A stretch of 64,000 nucleotides of DNA, from NCBI GenBank assembly GCA_964016885.1, contig OZ024753.1, positions 496,001-560,000 of the forward strand, written 5' to 3'. Below the pieces are notes generated by a model, which saw nothing but the letters and a program-made list of their open reading frames with translations, did no database searches and had not been told where the DNA came from. Positions 1-12,525 of this stretch are shown in pieces (position 1 is the first letter of the stretch; each line of letters starts with the position of its first letter). The stretch comes from Eledone cirrhosa (lineage: Eukaryota). A program made the translations under genes and the position numbers.

Positions 1-84
1 TACCCTAAGTATTGAGTACTCTGGTGCGTCTGGTTCCTTACCACAATTCCTTCATTATATATATAATAAATGGAAAATATCTTT

Positions 85-390
85 ACAAAACCAAGTCAGA
101 AAACAGCACAACTCCCATCAGAAACATTTTTTCACGCTCAGAGTTGCTGAAGCATGGAACAAAATACCTGCATCAGTTGTTAGCTGTCGAGACACTGCAT
201 CCTTTAAAACCTCCATACTTCCTGAGATTCGCCAACACTACACCTAATGTTCCCCCACCATACACATGCACACATGTATATCTTGACTCATACACTATTC
301 ACTTCCCTGACATTTGTATATTATTCTATGTACTATACATGCAATTTGACAAATTGTAGTGCACCTGAGCACTGTACACAATAATTTCAT
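85..390 (+). mobile_element. 3'-end fragment of the same CR1/L2-like LINE family
   Basis: High similarity to the reverse complement of 6765-7210 (ttttcacgctcagagttgctgaagcatggaacaaa...gtagtgcacctgagcactgtacacaataatttcatt). Confidence 0.9.
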
Positions 391-521
391 TCATTCATAT
401 TTATTTTATTATACGTATTTCAAGGGTACTTATTGGTATAAGCACAATGAAGACTATCTTCATTGTGCTTATATCAATAAGTTCACATGAAGATATGTCA
501 CTATCTTAACACCAAATATAG

Positions 522-576
522 TTTATCTGACGAAAGCGTACTTAAATATTAGTATCCTTGAAATACGTATAATAAA
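522..576 (+). ncRNA. Type I hammerhead ribozyme motif with palindromic stem III
   Basis: TTTAT CTGACGA AAGCGTACT...AGTATCCTT GAAA TACGTA TA ATAAA. An inverted partial copy lies at 405-430. Confidence 0.68.
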
Positions 577-711
577 ATATGGTTTTGTAAAGATATTTTC
601 CATTTATTAATATTGTTAATATTAATGATACTCCAGATAAATACTGTAGAGTGCTTCTAATCTGTTGTAAAATTAACTTTGTTGAATAATCAACAAACCA
701 TATAACTCATT

Positions 712-772
<61 letters not shown>

Positions 773-1338
773 GATAAATCTACCAAGAGTTTACGGTAGT
801 GTCCAATCCGTATGAAGAACTTATATATATATATATATATATAGCGTGGAAGATGGATGTTAAACGATGATGATGATGATGGTAGTAATAATAATTATGA
901 AGACTAAAATCCGAAGAAGGCTCGATAAGGATTATAGATAATATGTATAAAAAAAAATTATATATATACACACGCACACATGTATATCATAACTCATCCA
1001 CTTTTCATTTTCCTGACATTTGTACATTATTCTATGATCTATATGTGCACCTTTGATTAGTTGTAGTTGATCTTCTTGAGAAGATCCTGTAAAAGGGTGA
1101 AAGCAATTCTTTGCTTAAACTTTAATCTGTACAAATAATAAATAAATATATATATTCAATGTGCATTACAAGCTGATGTGTACTATTATTTTCATAGAAG
1201 TGCCCCAGCATGAGCATAGCTCAGTTGAAAACAGTAACAAGGAAATGCCTATCTCTTTCTTTTCACACTGACACACACAGACACATGCACACACAGTCAC
1301 AGAGTCACACACACACACACACACAATGCTGTACATAC

Positions 1339-1482
1339 CTCAGTCCAAACACAATTTGGATCTTCAGCATGAGCAACAAGTCTGCTCAGTGACAGGTAAG
1401 TCTGGCAGGCTTTCTCCATGGGCAGAGATTTTATAACCATAGTAAATACTTCATCCAAAAGAGACATACTCCATGCCATTAT
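1339..1482 (-). CDS. BTBD8: BTBD8-like exon 9 (IMAWSMSLLDEVFTMVIKSLPMEKACQTYLSLSRLVAHAEDPNCVWTE); gene continues beyond window start
   Basis: aaccag| acceptor and GAG|gtatgt donor. 144 nt, phase 0-0, no stop codon. Confidence 0.82.
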
Positions 1483-2363
1483 CTGGTTTTAATAAAAACA
1501 AAAGAGTAAAGAAAAGAAAAAGTACACAGATTACAATGTTCTTAATATTGTTTAACCTTTTAACATTTACATTACTCTATATATACTATTGTATTTTCTT
1601 GTAAAAGCTTCATCTCATAATTATCTCACATAATATTGAATCCATGAGATTTTGATAACAATACCTTAACATAAGTATGAGCAGCTGGTTTGAACAGAAA
1701 GAGGTGAGAGAATTCTGGCCAAATATGGCCGGTTTAAATTCTAAAGGGTTAATCTTATTTTTAAAAAAAAGAAACAATTTAATTTCACCTTTATTTAACC
1801 TCATATCTACATCAGAAAAGAGAAGTACAGATCAGGGTGAGAGTGTAGTTGATTAAATTGACTCCAGACTAAGGAATACTCTCAAACACAAGTTGTCTCC
1901 ATTTAACGACTTCACAACGTGTAGTGAATACATTTTATTATGGCACCAGCACTAGAGGCTGCCTGCCTACTGCAAGTTTAAACAGACCTCTCCCTGCTAT
2001 ACAGTTTCTTCTTTCAAGGCAAACATAACAGAGTGTACTGGCTGCATTTTATTATGGCACCAAAACTAGTGAGGTTGCTTTGTACCAACCAAATACTATT
2101 TAAATAGACTTCTTCAAGAATGCTTTTAAACATTTTCCTCTTTCAACCGTAAAACAATTTGTAAACTACAAATATAATTAAAAATAATAGTCTGGTGCTC
2201 AAAAAACCCCACAGGTATACAAGGGAATTTGTTTTAGAACATCACCAATGAGGGCATATGTCCTCAAAATGGTTCCGTTTTGTATTTTTCACAAGTAATG
2301 TAGTTTTATGTAGTACAGGAAGGAAGCTAAAAGTGAATATATCATTTAAATTGAAAAACATAC

Positions 2364-2546
2364 CTGGTCTAGGGACATGAAATGTTTACTAGCAATAACA
2401 CTAGTAAAATGTTGACCAATAAATTCTATAGCAGCATCCATCAGCTGAGTAACAACATTAAGAACTGGTTCTGACCACTTGAGGCGGGGTAAACAGCTGG
2501 ATATTTTTTGGCACTCCATTATGACTTCCAGAACATTCTCACAGGT
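2364..2546 (-). CDS. BTBD8: BTBD8-like exon 8 (TCENVLEVIMECQKISSCLPRLKWSEPVL...FMSLDQ)
   Basis: gtgaag| acceptor and CAG|gtatg donor. 183 nt, phase 0-0. LPRLKWSE resembles BTBD8 LPRVKWTE. Confidence 0.9.
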
Positions 2547-2830
2547 CTTCACAAGAAAAAATAATTAATATAAGAAGTTATTGAAATTCACAGATATTAA
2601 ATGTTAAAGCAGGTTTTAAATATTGAAGACAAACAGAAGAATCTCAGAAGACTATTGGCAGACTGTGTCAGGAAATAGTAAGAACAAAAGAAATTTGCAA
2701 AGTAGAATAAATTATTTTGCAGTGAATCAGAGGAGATGGCTAAGTTTTCAGGCAAGATCCATTACTGAAGAGAGTGGGGGGAGATAAAAATGTATTTTAA
2801 ATATGGTAGCAAGCATATATGTTTATAAGG

Positions 2831-2986
2831 CAGGGTTTCCCAAACGCGGAACCCTTTTTGGTTCAGAAACTTTTGGGGAAACCCAAAAGTCTAATACTGT
2901 TATATGGTCGTAATATAAATATACTCCTCTACTTTTTTCACAGGACCCCAGACACTCCTTTGAAGAATCCACTTTGTGAACCACTA
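2831..2986. mobile_element. hAT-type (Charlie-like) MITE
   Basis: Imperfect TIRs cagggtttcccaaac / ctttgtgaaccacta, flanked by an exact 8-bp TSD TTATAAGG (2823-2830 and 2987-2994). Confidence 0.8.
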
Positions 2987-3744
2987 TTATAAGGTATAGT
3001 TTTATTCTTTATATTTTATCAGTTACTACAAAAACAAAAAATGTGTAAGGCTGATTAGAATGAATCATTGACCTTGTAAAACTGTTAAATTAGACTCCAC
3101 AAGTTCATGTTGTATATTACACAAGTTATAATTATAACCAGAATATGTACTAATAACTATTATAATTTAACTGCAATAATTGGTACAGATTGGTGGCTGG
3201 TTTACTGGGAGGTGGGGACATAGTTAAAAGGACGTGTGTGATTTAGTTTATCCTTGTGTGGCATGGTTTTCGTGTTTGAGGTCGAATATAAGTGTGTGGT
3301 TTAAATTTGCTTGGGTTTGTGATAGGCTTTGATTTGATCTGGATGTTCAAGTTAAGGCAGTTTTAATTGTATATAATAAATATTTGAATTATCAAATCTA
3401 TAACCTAGATCTACATTGGAAATAGGGAGGATGGAGTAGTTCCGAGATTCAAGAGAAGTAACTCCATTTTTATAGTATATAGTTGTGGGAAGGGAAATAA
3501 TGCCTAGTTTCAATGGTTAGGTGAAATAAGGATGAAATGTTTTACTTATAAACACAAAGATACATCAGCAGTGGATTTGACACGTGACTAATGAGTAGGT
3601 AGTTCAATATCTTATCCACTTGCATTAACTATTGTAGATTCTAAGGATAAATCCGCCACAAACACAATATGGCAAGGTATAATATGTGATTTTTAAGATG
3701 TATAAATGACAGAAGAGAAAAATGAATAAATAGTTGTACTGTAC

Positions 3745-3936
3745 CATATCTTTGATTGCTCTCTGACAGCACGCATTCATGAGGTTGTCATGCATCATCG
3801 AAAAGGATTTGGTTGGCCATACTTTGCTGAAGTTTTTGTTGATCCATTTAAGGCAACGTTCATATAAATCAGCCATGTTATACATCTTTGACAAGACAAA
3901 AACCTCTGGAACTCCAGCAATGCAACCAGGACATGG
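3745..3936 (-). CDS. BTBD8: BTBD8-like exon 7, BACK-like region (PCPGCIAGVPEVFVLSKMYNMADLYERCLKWINKNFSKVWPTKSFS...)
   Basis: tttaag| acceptor and ATG|gtacag donor. 192 nt, phase 0-0. CLKWINKNFSKVW resembles vertebrate BTBD8 CMKWIVKHFARFW as recalled. Confidence 0.9.
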
Positions 3937-4051
3937 CTTAAAAGATAGATAAAAATCATATATTTAACAATGTTTAGATTAATGGTAGGATTATATCTAA
4001 CAAAATACTAAGTTACTTTATAGAAAAAAAAAAAAAAGAATTACATATTAA

Positions 4052-4268
4052 CCCTTTAGCATCTAAACCGGCCATATCTGGCCAGAATTCTCTCACCTCT
4101 TTCTGTTCAAACTGGCCATAACTGGCAGCTCTAAGTATGTTAAGATATTGTTCTCAAAATAAATATCAAAATCTTGTAGATTCAATAATATGTGAGACAA
4201 TTATGTAAGATAAAGCCTTTACCAAAAAAATACAAATGTATATATAGAGTAATGTAAATGCTAAAGGG
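4052..4268 (+). mobile_element. piggyBac-like MITE (about 200-220 bp), representative copy
   Basis: TIRs CCCTTTAGCAT(T/C)TA / TAAATGCTAAAGGG with TTAA on both sides. Other copies at about 1556-1748(-), 9747-9937, 14487-14707, 20190-20362, 21340-21594, 26006-26348, 26968-27148 and 37250-37455(-); fragments at about 6430, 8730 and 12790. Confidence 0.85.
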
Positions 4269-4937
4269 TTAATGATTAAAAAAAATTATTTGACAGTTAA
4301 TATCCCTAGTCAATCATTTTACTATTACTATAATAAATTTTAATGAATGATAAAGGCATTAATGCATTGTCTAATGAATATTCAGCAATAGCTAGAATCA
4401 AGATTTACTTAGAAATAGTGAGCATAACTCTAAATATTTAATAGAAAATGTCACGACAAAAAAAAAAAAAAAAAAAAAACAGTCCACACTGTAATGTGGT
4501 CATGTAGATAACACAGTAAAAAGCTCCCAGACCAAACTGTAAATGTGGTTGGTGTTAGGAAGGGCATCCAGTTGTAGAAAACCTGCCAGTTAGTCCTATA
4601 TGAGTGAGACACAGTCACCCGACCAATCTTGCCTCAAATGGGACAATTCCCGTCTAACCCATGCTAGTGTGGAAGATAGACATTAAACGATGATGATGAT
4701 GATGATGAGAGAAGCACAAAAACACAAAACACACTGACTGATATTTAGTATAAGATTACTGTCCATAGCTAGTATTGTACAAAAAGATCAAAATATTCTA
4801 TATGTTAGGAGAACAGAGTTATTTATTTTGTTAATGTAGCATATATCAAGGAAATGGAAATAAACAAAATAAATAATAGAGTAATGATAAGAGTGATATA
4901 AAATTGATTTAGAAAGTAGGAAGATCAAAATATTTAC

Positions 4938-5115
4938 CTTATGAAAGAAGTGACACTTTTCATATCTCAAATTAAAGCAGACAACATCTTTGAGTCCATC
5001 GATAGCATACATATCTGCGATTACCAGCAGTTCAACAACATCACAATTGTCAATGAGATCAACAACCCCACCATATAGAAAAAGTAATAACTGTTCTAAA
5101 ACAATTGAACTGATA
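4938..5115 (-). CDS. BTBD8: BTBD8-like exon 6 (ISSIVLEQLLLFLYGGVVDLIDNCDVVELLVIADMYAIDGLKDVVCFNLRYEKCHFFHK)
   Basis: acacag| acceptor and AAG|gtaaat donor. 178 nt, phase 2-0. FLYGG, ADMY.I.GLK and C.FF.K motifs are characteristic of BTBD8. Confidence 0.93.
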
Positions 5116-6484
5116 CTGTGTCCAGATAAAAAAGAAAAAAGTTAAACATATGAAAGTATAATATACAAGTCATTGGGGAAAATAAATCCATTTTATACAA
5201 CTTAAGAGAAAAAAAAAGAAAAAAGATTTTCCTGATTTTAATTTCTATTAAAAAATTAAATGGAGTCTTCATAAAAACAAATTTTAAATTCAATTTTCAT
5301 TAATTTTATATAAGAAAAATTACTTTTTCTTCTTTGAATATTTGAGGGTAGCAGATTAACACGATCGGTAGAGCGTCTGACAACATGCTTTACGGCATAG
5401 GGTTACGTTCCCTTATAACCTTTACATTTTGAGTTCAAATCCTGCCAAGATTAGCTTTGCCTTTCATCCTTGCAGGGCCGATAAAATAAAGTACCACTTA
5501 AGTTGATTTATACTATGTATAAATAAATATTATATATTTTATATTTTACTATATTTATATATAATATGTATCATTTAAGAGAGTTGGGGAGAGCAGGAAA
5601 GACAGAGGCAGTGACAGTGGGAGTTTGGTTCCTTTGTGTTCTGACCTGGTGTACATGTATATGTTTATTTACTGCACCTAACTTACATTCATCAAAACAC
5701 GTGTTTGAGATTTCATTAAACTTTATCTCATTTTCTCGCTGAAGTAACTATAACTAGATAGAACCAATTGTACACTCTGTTAAATGGTTTATCTTATGAA
5801 AGGCATTCAGCTGTAGAAACCATGTCAAAAGTTGGAATGTATAAGCAAGACAGTCCTCTGCTCTCCCCAACTCTCACTATTATGAGCAAATGGAGGCCCA
5901 CACACTGGCTGCCCTGAGGATGGAGAGGGAGATGCACTGGTTCTATATTATTATTATTATTATTGTTGTTGTTGACTCATTTGCTACTAATGGTTCCTTG
6001 ATCTCTCAGAAAGTGGAAAACAACAAAGTTGAGAAAAGAAAACACTATTGTAGGGCTTATGATGATAAATCTATAATTTCTTTCTGTAACTGAATATTCA
6101 TGCAATATTGTTTCAAAGTAATCACAGTAGAGATAGTTTACAGAAGACTTAACAGAGAGAGGTCATATTATATTTGAAAAATAAGATGAGATGGCACAGG
6201 ACCAAGTTTCATAGAGTGATCTTATGACAAATCAAATGCATGCCAAAACTCTAATTTGGATGTTAAAACTATAAAGGGTTATTTAAAAGCAATCATAATA
6301 TATAATGACTAGAAACAGCAACAAATTATTTTTCTAATATATGCAAATATTTTAATATATTTTGTATTTATATATATAAACAATAGACACTTGGACATAT
6401 AGGAATGTTTTATTGGTATTGTGTTGCTTAACCCTTTAACATTTAAACCAGCCATACAAATAAAAAAAAGAATATCTTATTTAC

Positions 6485-6574
6485 CTTTCTAAATGTAATT
6501 TCTCAGCATCTGTCTCTGCCCATGATCCATTGAACATAGAATAGAAATATTTTGATCGGCTTGCTAAAATACAC
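6485..6574 (-). CDS. BTBD8: BTBD8-like exon 5, BTB2 core (CILASRSKYFYSMFNGSWAETDAEKLHLE)
   Basis: tgtcag| acceptor and |gtaa donor. 90 nt, phase 2-2. Matches the BTB motif HKxILxxRSxYFxxMFxGxWxE. Confidence 0.93.
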
Positions 6575-6744
6575 CTGACAGAAGCAAAAAAGGAAATTCA
6601 AAGAAGTGTCAACACACGGACACACACATTATGTAGTAAATAATGAACAAAATAAATTATATTAATTAATGACTAATATTTTTCTTTCTCCAAGTAGTAT
6701 GGGAGAACACTTTTTACAAGTTTTAGTCTTATTTAGACTTTATA

Positions 6745-8463
6745 ATAATGATAATAATAATAATGAAATTATTGTGTACAGTGCTCAGGTGCACTACAAC
6801 TCATCAAAGGTGCATGTATAGTACATAGAATAATGTACAAATGTCAGGAAAATGAACAGTGTACGAGTCATGATATAATAACAACAACAATAATAATAAT
6901 GAAATATTGTGTACAGTGCCCAGGTGCACCACAACTCATCAAAAAGTGCATGTACAGTACATAGGGCAATGCACAAACATCAGTAAAATGAACAGTGCAT
7001 GAGTCATGATACACACATGTGTGCATGTGTATGAAAGGGGTACATCAGGTGTAATTTTGGCGTATTTCGGGAAGCATGAGTGTCTTAAAGGATGCAGTGT
7101 CTCGGCAGCTAACAACTGACGCAGGCAGTTTGTTCCATGCTTCAGCAACTCTGAGCGTGAAAAAATGTCTACGAAAGTCATGGGAGCTGTGCTGTTTTCT
7201 GATTTTGTAGGCATGTCCACGCGTGTTAGACACATGGAGATCAAAAAGGTGCTCAGGGTTGCAATTGGCGAGATGGTTAATAACTTTGTGGGTATTCACC
7301 AAGTCCATTGCCAGACGTCGGAGCTTCAATGAATCCATGCCCAGGGAAGGAAGGCGTTCAGAGTATGGTAGGTGTCTGATGGAGGGTATGCGCTTGGTTG
7401 CACATCTCTGAACAGTTTCCAGGAGGTCAATGTTCTGAGCAAGATAGGGGTTCCAGACTGATGATGCGAATTCCAAGTGTGGTCGTACCATAGCTGTATA
7501 CAGTTTTAAATAGATGGCTGGAGAGCGGCTAACAAAGGTCTTGCTGAGTGATGCCAAGACACCCTCGGCCTTCTTGACAATCTTAGAGACATGCTTTGTC
7601 CAACGCAAATCGCTGCTGACAGTAATGCCCAGGTCACGTTCACAAGAGGACTTCTTGATATCAGTGTTGTGGAGGGAGTATGTGGACGCTGGATTTTTCC
7701 TTCCAAAATGCATGGTGGTACACTTGTCCACAGCCAGCTTCAGTTGCCAGTCTGTGATCCATTGCTGCATTGTGTCTAGGTCTGATTGTAGGAAAGAGTT
7801 GTAAATTTCAGGATCAGTCCTTTTGATGTCATCTGCATATTTCAGTACCGTGGCATTCTATAAGTTGGCATCTATGTCATTAATATATGCCACAAACAAA
7901 AGGGGACCAAGAACAGATCCCTGTGGTACACCAGATGACATCTTATATGGTGAAGAATGCTGTCCTAGAACCGTGACTACTTCTTTTCGGCTGAGAATGA
8001 AGGATTTCAACCAGTCGAAAAGATTATCCCTCACACCCATTGCAGAGAGTTTTGCCATAAGTCTTTTGTGTGGCACAGAATTAAAAGCCTTAGCAAAGTC
8101 AAGGTAAACAACATCCACCCATGAGCTGCTGTCAGTGATCTGGGTGATGTCTTCAAGGAACTTGATAAGCTGATCACAGTAGCTGGAGTTAGGGATAAAT
8201 CCAAACTGTGAGGGCCGGATGAGGCTGTGAGAGCTCCAGAAGTTCCAAAGTGTTTCTCTGACACAGGATTCCATCAGTTTGGCCATACAGCTAATAAGAC
8301 TGACTGGACAATAGTTGACAGGTGACATGCGGTTGCCCTTTTTGAACAGGGGAATGACACTGGCAGTTTTCCACTGCTCCGGAGTAGCACCATTGTTGAG
8401 ACAGTATTGAAAGAAGAGAGAAAGCTGGCACAAAAGGAAATACCCGCCACGTTTGAATATCTG
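6745..8463 (-). mobile_element. 5'-truncated CR1/L2-like non-LTR retrotransposon (RT domain and C-terminus, 3' UTR, (ATT)n tail) in BTBD8 intron 4
   Basis: ORFs 7858..8466 and 7045..7770 carry YLDFAKAF and GVPQGSVLGPLLF, YADD lies near 7830, and RPHLEFASSVWNP and FFTLRVAEAWNKLP follow. The frame is disrupted near 7860 and the 3' end is tandemly duplicated. Confidence 0.93.
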
Positions 8464-10317
8464 CAAAATTAGCCTTCACATAATTATATGCTGAAGTAGC
8501 GATGAAGGTATAAGTAAATATGCAAAAGTATCTAATTTCTGGAGTAGAAAAACAGAACTGATTAAAGATAATTCCGACATGCCACCCACATAAAATTAAA
8601 CTAATATTTATTTCATATTTGCTTTGCAGTTATAATTTTTCTTTTTGAGCTAGAAAGAATTTCATATATTTTTTATTACAATTAACGATTTTGATAATTT
8701 TGCTTTGAATATCAGTAGACAATATTTTAACCCTTTAGCATTTAAACCAGCCGTATCTGGCCAGAATTCTCTCACTTCTTTCTGTTCAATATGTAAAATT
8801 AACTTCTTAGGAAGCTTCTTTTGTGATATAATAAATAATTAAACCCATAATTTATGACTCAGTTTATCAACACAAAGGATTAACTGTGTGGGTTTAATAA
8901 TAGGTCATCAAAGATTTTAAAGCTTAGCATTTGTAGGAACATGAAGGCTTTAGATGTATGATTATTGTGACTAGGGGAGATTTAGTGCTGTGATATTTTT
9001 GTTTCTTTTTAACATGTGTAATGTTTATGAATTGGTATCACTAAATGAGATTAGCTTATGTCCACATTGAAGGATATTTTTTGTTTATTCCATTCAGAGT
9101 ATATGCATTTCTTGTGGGAAGTGTCACATGTGTGTAGATATAATAAGCTACACTGCATTTGATTATGTATATATGTAAAGTTATATTGGTACCACAACAT
9201 CCAGCCCGAAACAAATGAGGTCGTGTAGGTGTCACGACAAAAAAAACACACAGTCCACACTGTAATGTGGCCGTGTAGGTAACACGGTAAAAACCTCCCA
9301 GTTCCACACTGTAAATGTGGTTGGTGTTAGGAAGGGCATCCAGCCATAGAAAACCCCCCAGACAGTCCTATGCGAGCAAGACAACCACTCTTGCCTCAAG
9401 TGGGAAAACTCCCGTCCAAACCCATGCGAGCGTGGAATATGGACGTTAAACGATGATGATGATAACAAGTGACAACAATTCACAATGGCTGGGTTTCTTC
9501 TTCAAAGTCAGAAGATATTTCAGCCCTAAACAGTTGCTATCTTTCTACAAGATATTCACTACATCAGAATACTGTTTACACATTTGTTATGGTGCACTAC
9601 ATATACATATATACTATATAAAAAAAACTGGTATATGTCTAATTAGACAAGTTATTACTCATTATCTCAATGTTCTGTACAACATGACTACATCAGCAAG
9701 ACATTCCTTTAAAATATAAAACAGCAAAATGACTGCATCACATTAACCCTTTAACATTTAAATTGGCCATATCTGGTTAGAATTCTCTCACCTTTTTCTG
9801 TTCAAACTAGCCATAACTGGCCACTCATACTGATGTTATGGGTTGTTGTCAATATGAATATCAAATTCTCAGATTTGGTATTATGTGAGGTAAAGCTTTT
9901 ACCATGAAAATACAATAGTAATGTGTATGCTGAAGGGTTAAAATATAAAACAGCACAATGGCTGCATCTCATTAAAGAATAAAGCTTTTACTTTAGTTAA
10001 TTACGAATTTTCACAATGATTTATCTACTCATAAAAATATTATAAACATTTATAATAGCAAAACTGCTTTTAGATATTTTCTGCGAAATCATTACAGGAT
10101 GTTAAGTGTTAATATGCTGTAACCATTAGCCTGATAAGGCTACACTGATCTCCAGCCCAATAATATCCTTATCTAAAATACTTGGTATACTTTGTCTTCC
10201 CATCTTCCCTACTATATCAGATTCCACTTAATTCTCACTCTTACTAAACATTTCACTCAATGCTTTCATTGCAGAACTTTATTACTTTAGCATTTTCTCT
10301 GTTAAATTTTCCACTGT

Positions 10318-10755
10318 AACACCAATCTATATATTATCAAACTAAACACCAATCTGTATATGTTCAAATTAAACACCAATCTATATATGTTCAAATTAAA
10401 CACCATCTATATATGTTCAAACTAAACACCAATCTGTATATGTTCAAACTAAACACCAATCTGTATATGTTCCAACTAAACACCAATCTGTATATGTTCA
10501 AATTAAACACCAATCTATATATGTTCAAACTAAACACCAATCTGTATATGTTCAAATTAAACACCAATCTATATATGTTCCAACTAAACACCAATCTGTA
10601 TATATTAAAACTAAACACCAATCTGTATATGTTCCAACTAAACACCAATCTATATATGTTCCAACTAAACACCAATCTGTATATGTTCCAACTAAACACC
10701 AATCTATATATGTTCGAATTAAACACCAATCTGTATATATTAAAACTAAACACTA
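10318..10755. repeat. 27-bp minisatellite, about 16 copies (aaactaaacaccaatctgtatatgttc)
   Basis: Directly visible. It explains the 9-aa periodic ORFs on both strands. Confidence 0.95.
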
Positions 10756-11558
10756 ATACTATCAGTACTATCAAGATATCCTTATCCTTCCATCTAAAAT
10801 ATACCAGTAAGACATTGTGTTTTTTTTTTTTCTCAGACCAAATAATGATAATAAAATAATAAATAACTATATTAGTTAAATTGTTGAAACGACAGGCAGT
10901 CTAAAAGCTGATGATATTATTGAAATGTTTGTGTGATCTCTCATCCATTTTATTCCTTTTCTCGTTTCTTCCTATCACTTATGTGGGCCAACACACTTCT
11001 AACCTCTGATTTCTATCTTTTGAGGTAAATTTTACCCAACGCTGTCATTAATGGCATTTTGCTGTTTTAACAGCTTCGTTGCGTTGTATTTTTCCCATTA
11101 TCCTACGAATTCTAATACACTCGCTTTTCGAGATAACTTTGTTTAAATAATTATATATTTTAAAAACTTGAAGAGAAGAGTGAAATCAGTCTTATGATAA
11201 CTTAAAATCATAAATAACACATAATTTAATATTGTGAACAATTATATTTTCTGCAAAAAAGACAATACAGTACTAAAGAATATTTTTTCCCATTATCTCT
11301 TAATTATATGACAGACTTATTTTGAGAAAAGCCACTAATTATTTATATTAACACTTTATCTTCTACCCAAATTATTTATGGCATACTTGTAATATTGTTT
11401 TTAATAACAAAGCAACATTAAATTCATAATGGGAATTCGCAAATGAAATTTACATTATTTAAATATAAATTATTCTTTACATATATAAATATATAGAGAA
11501 GTTTGTAAACATTCACATTATACAACTGTAAGTGTAGTTATGCTTTAAATTTTCTTAC

Positions 11559-12287
11559 TTGTGGCTTTGAAAATCTTGTGTACGTGCTGTTAAAACACAG
11601 TTTGTAGTAGTCCCCTGTAAAAGCATCCGTAATAATTGACTTCCAAGTTTACAACAAGCCTCATGAGGTAAATTGGTTGAAGCTATAATCAAATCTGGAA
11701 GCCGTTGAGAGGCTAATAAACCACTTGTAACAGTCTCTGGGGTGGGTTCTTGTACATCTTTGGCCATTTCTTCTAATGGAGGAACAACACTATCACAATT
11801 GACAAATGACGCTTGCCGAATCTCGTTAAACTGCTGACGTTGGGCTTCTGGGCTTATTGAAGGACTAATATTTTCAACTGATTGTGAGGAGCTGTAGCTC
11901 GTACTTGGTCTTGTGGTTAGCTCAATAAAACTACCATTTCCACTGCTTTGAGAAGAAGATAAAGCAGATGAACAAGACATTTCAGTAATACTACTGCCAT
12001 GACTACTGCTATAACTACTACTGTTACTACCACCGCCATAATTACACAGGAAATACTGAGACGACCTCTTTGTGGGAATAGCTTTAGCTCTTTGTATAGG
12101 AATATGGAAGCCATTGTTTAGAGATGTTTCAGCATGTTCTGAATACTGTTCTAACTCTGTGCTTTCCTCAGGATTACCATTCACACAGGAGGACTCAGCA
12201 AGGATGCCATTCTCTGAAGTTTCATTTTTAAGTTTCCTGAGAAATTCTTGTACAAGAGTGTCAGCACACTGCGTCGTGTAGAGTTGC
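11559..12287 (-). CDS. BTBD8: BTBD8-like exon 4: end of BTB1, long Ser-rich linker, start of BTB2 (...CKLGSQLLRMLLQGTTTNCVLTARTQDFQSHK)
   Basis: ctgcag| acceptor at 12288 and AA|gtaag donor at 11558. 729 nt open frame within ORF 11555..12418, phase 2-2. Confidence 0.9.
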
Positions 12288-12399
12288 CTGCAGAATAAAA
12301 GATTTAAAATAATTGAGTAAAAAAAAAAAGAATTCTGCAACAACACATTCAGAGAAGTAAATTGCGGTGAAACATGAATAATATTTGTGATAATGGAAT

Positions 12400-12525
12400 A
12401 TTTCGGTATTCGTGCCAACCTTCACTTATGATCATGGATCTTGGGTAACGACCGAAAGAATATGATCGCAAATACAAGTGGCTGAAATGGGGTTCCACCG
12501 AAGGTCTTTGGAGTAACGTTACTTC
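12400..12525 (+). mobile_element. Short RTE LINE fragment in BTBD8 intron 3
   Basis: Similar to the reverse complement of 49000-49110 (gggtaacgaccgaaagaata...caaatacaag...atggggttcc...ggtctttggagtaacgttac). Confidence 0.7.

Noticed and set aside
10391-10859. Repetitive 127-aa and 148-aa ORFs; CRISPR-like regularity
   Set aside because: A head-to-tail 27-bp minisatellite with no unique spacers, in an intron of a eukaryotic gene.
12288-12418. N-terminal extension of the 287-aa ORF
   Set aside because: Intronic sequence upstream of the ctgcag acceptor, partly an RTE fragment.
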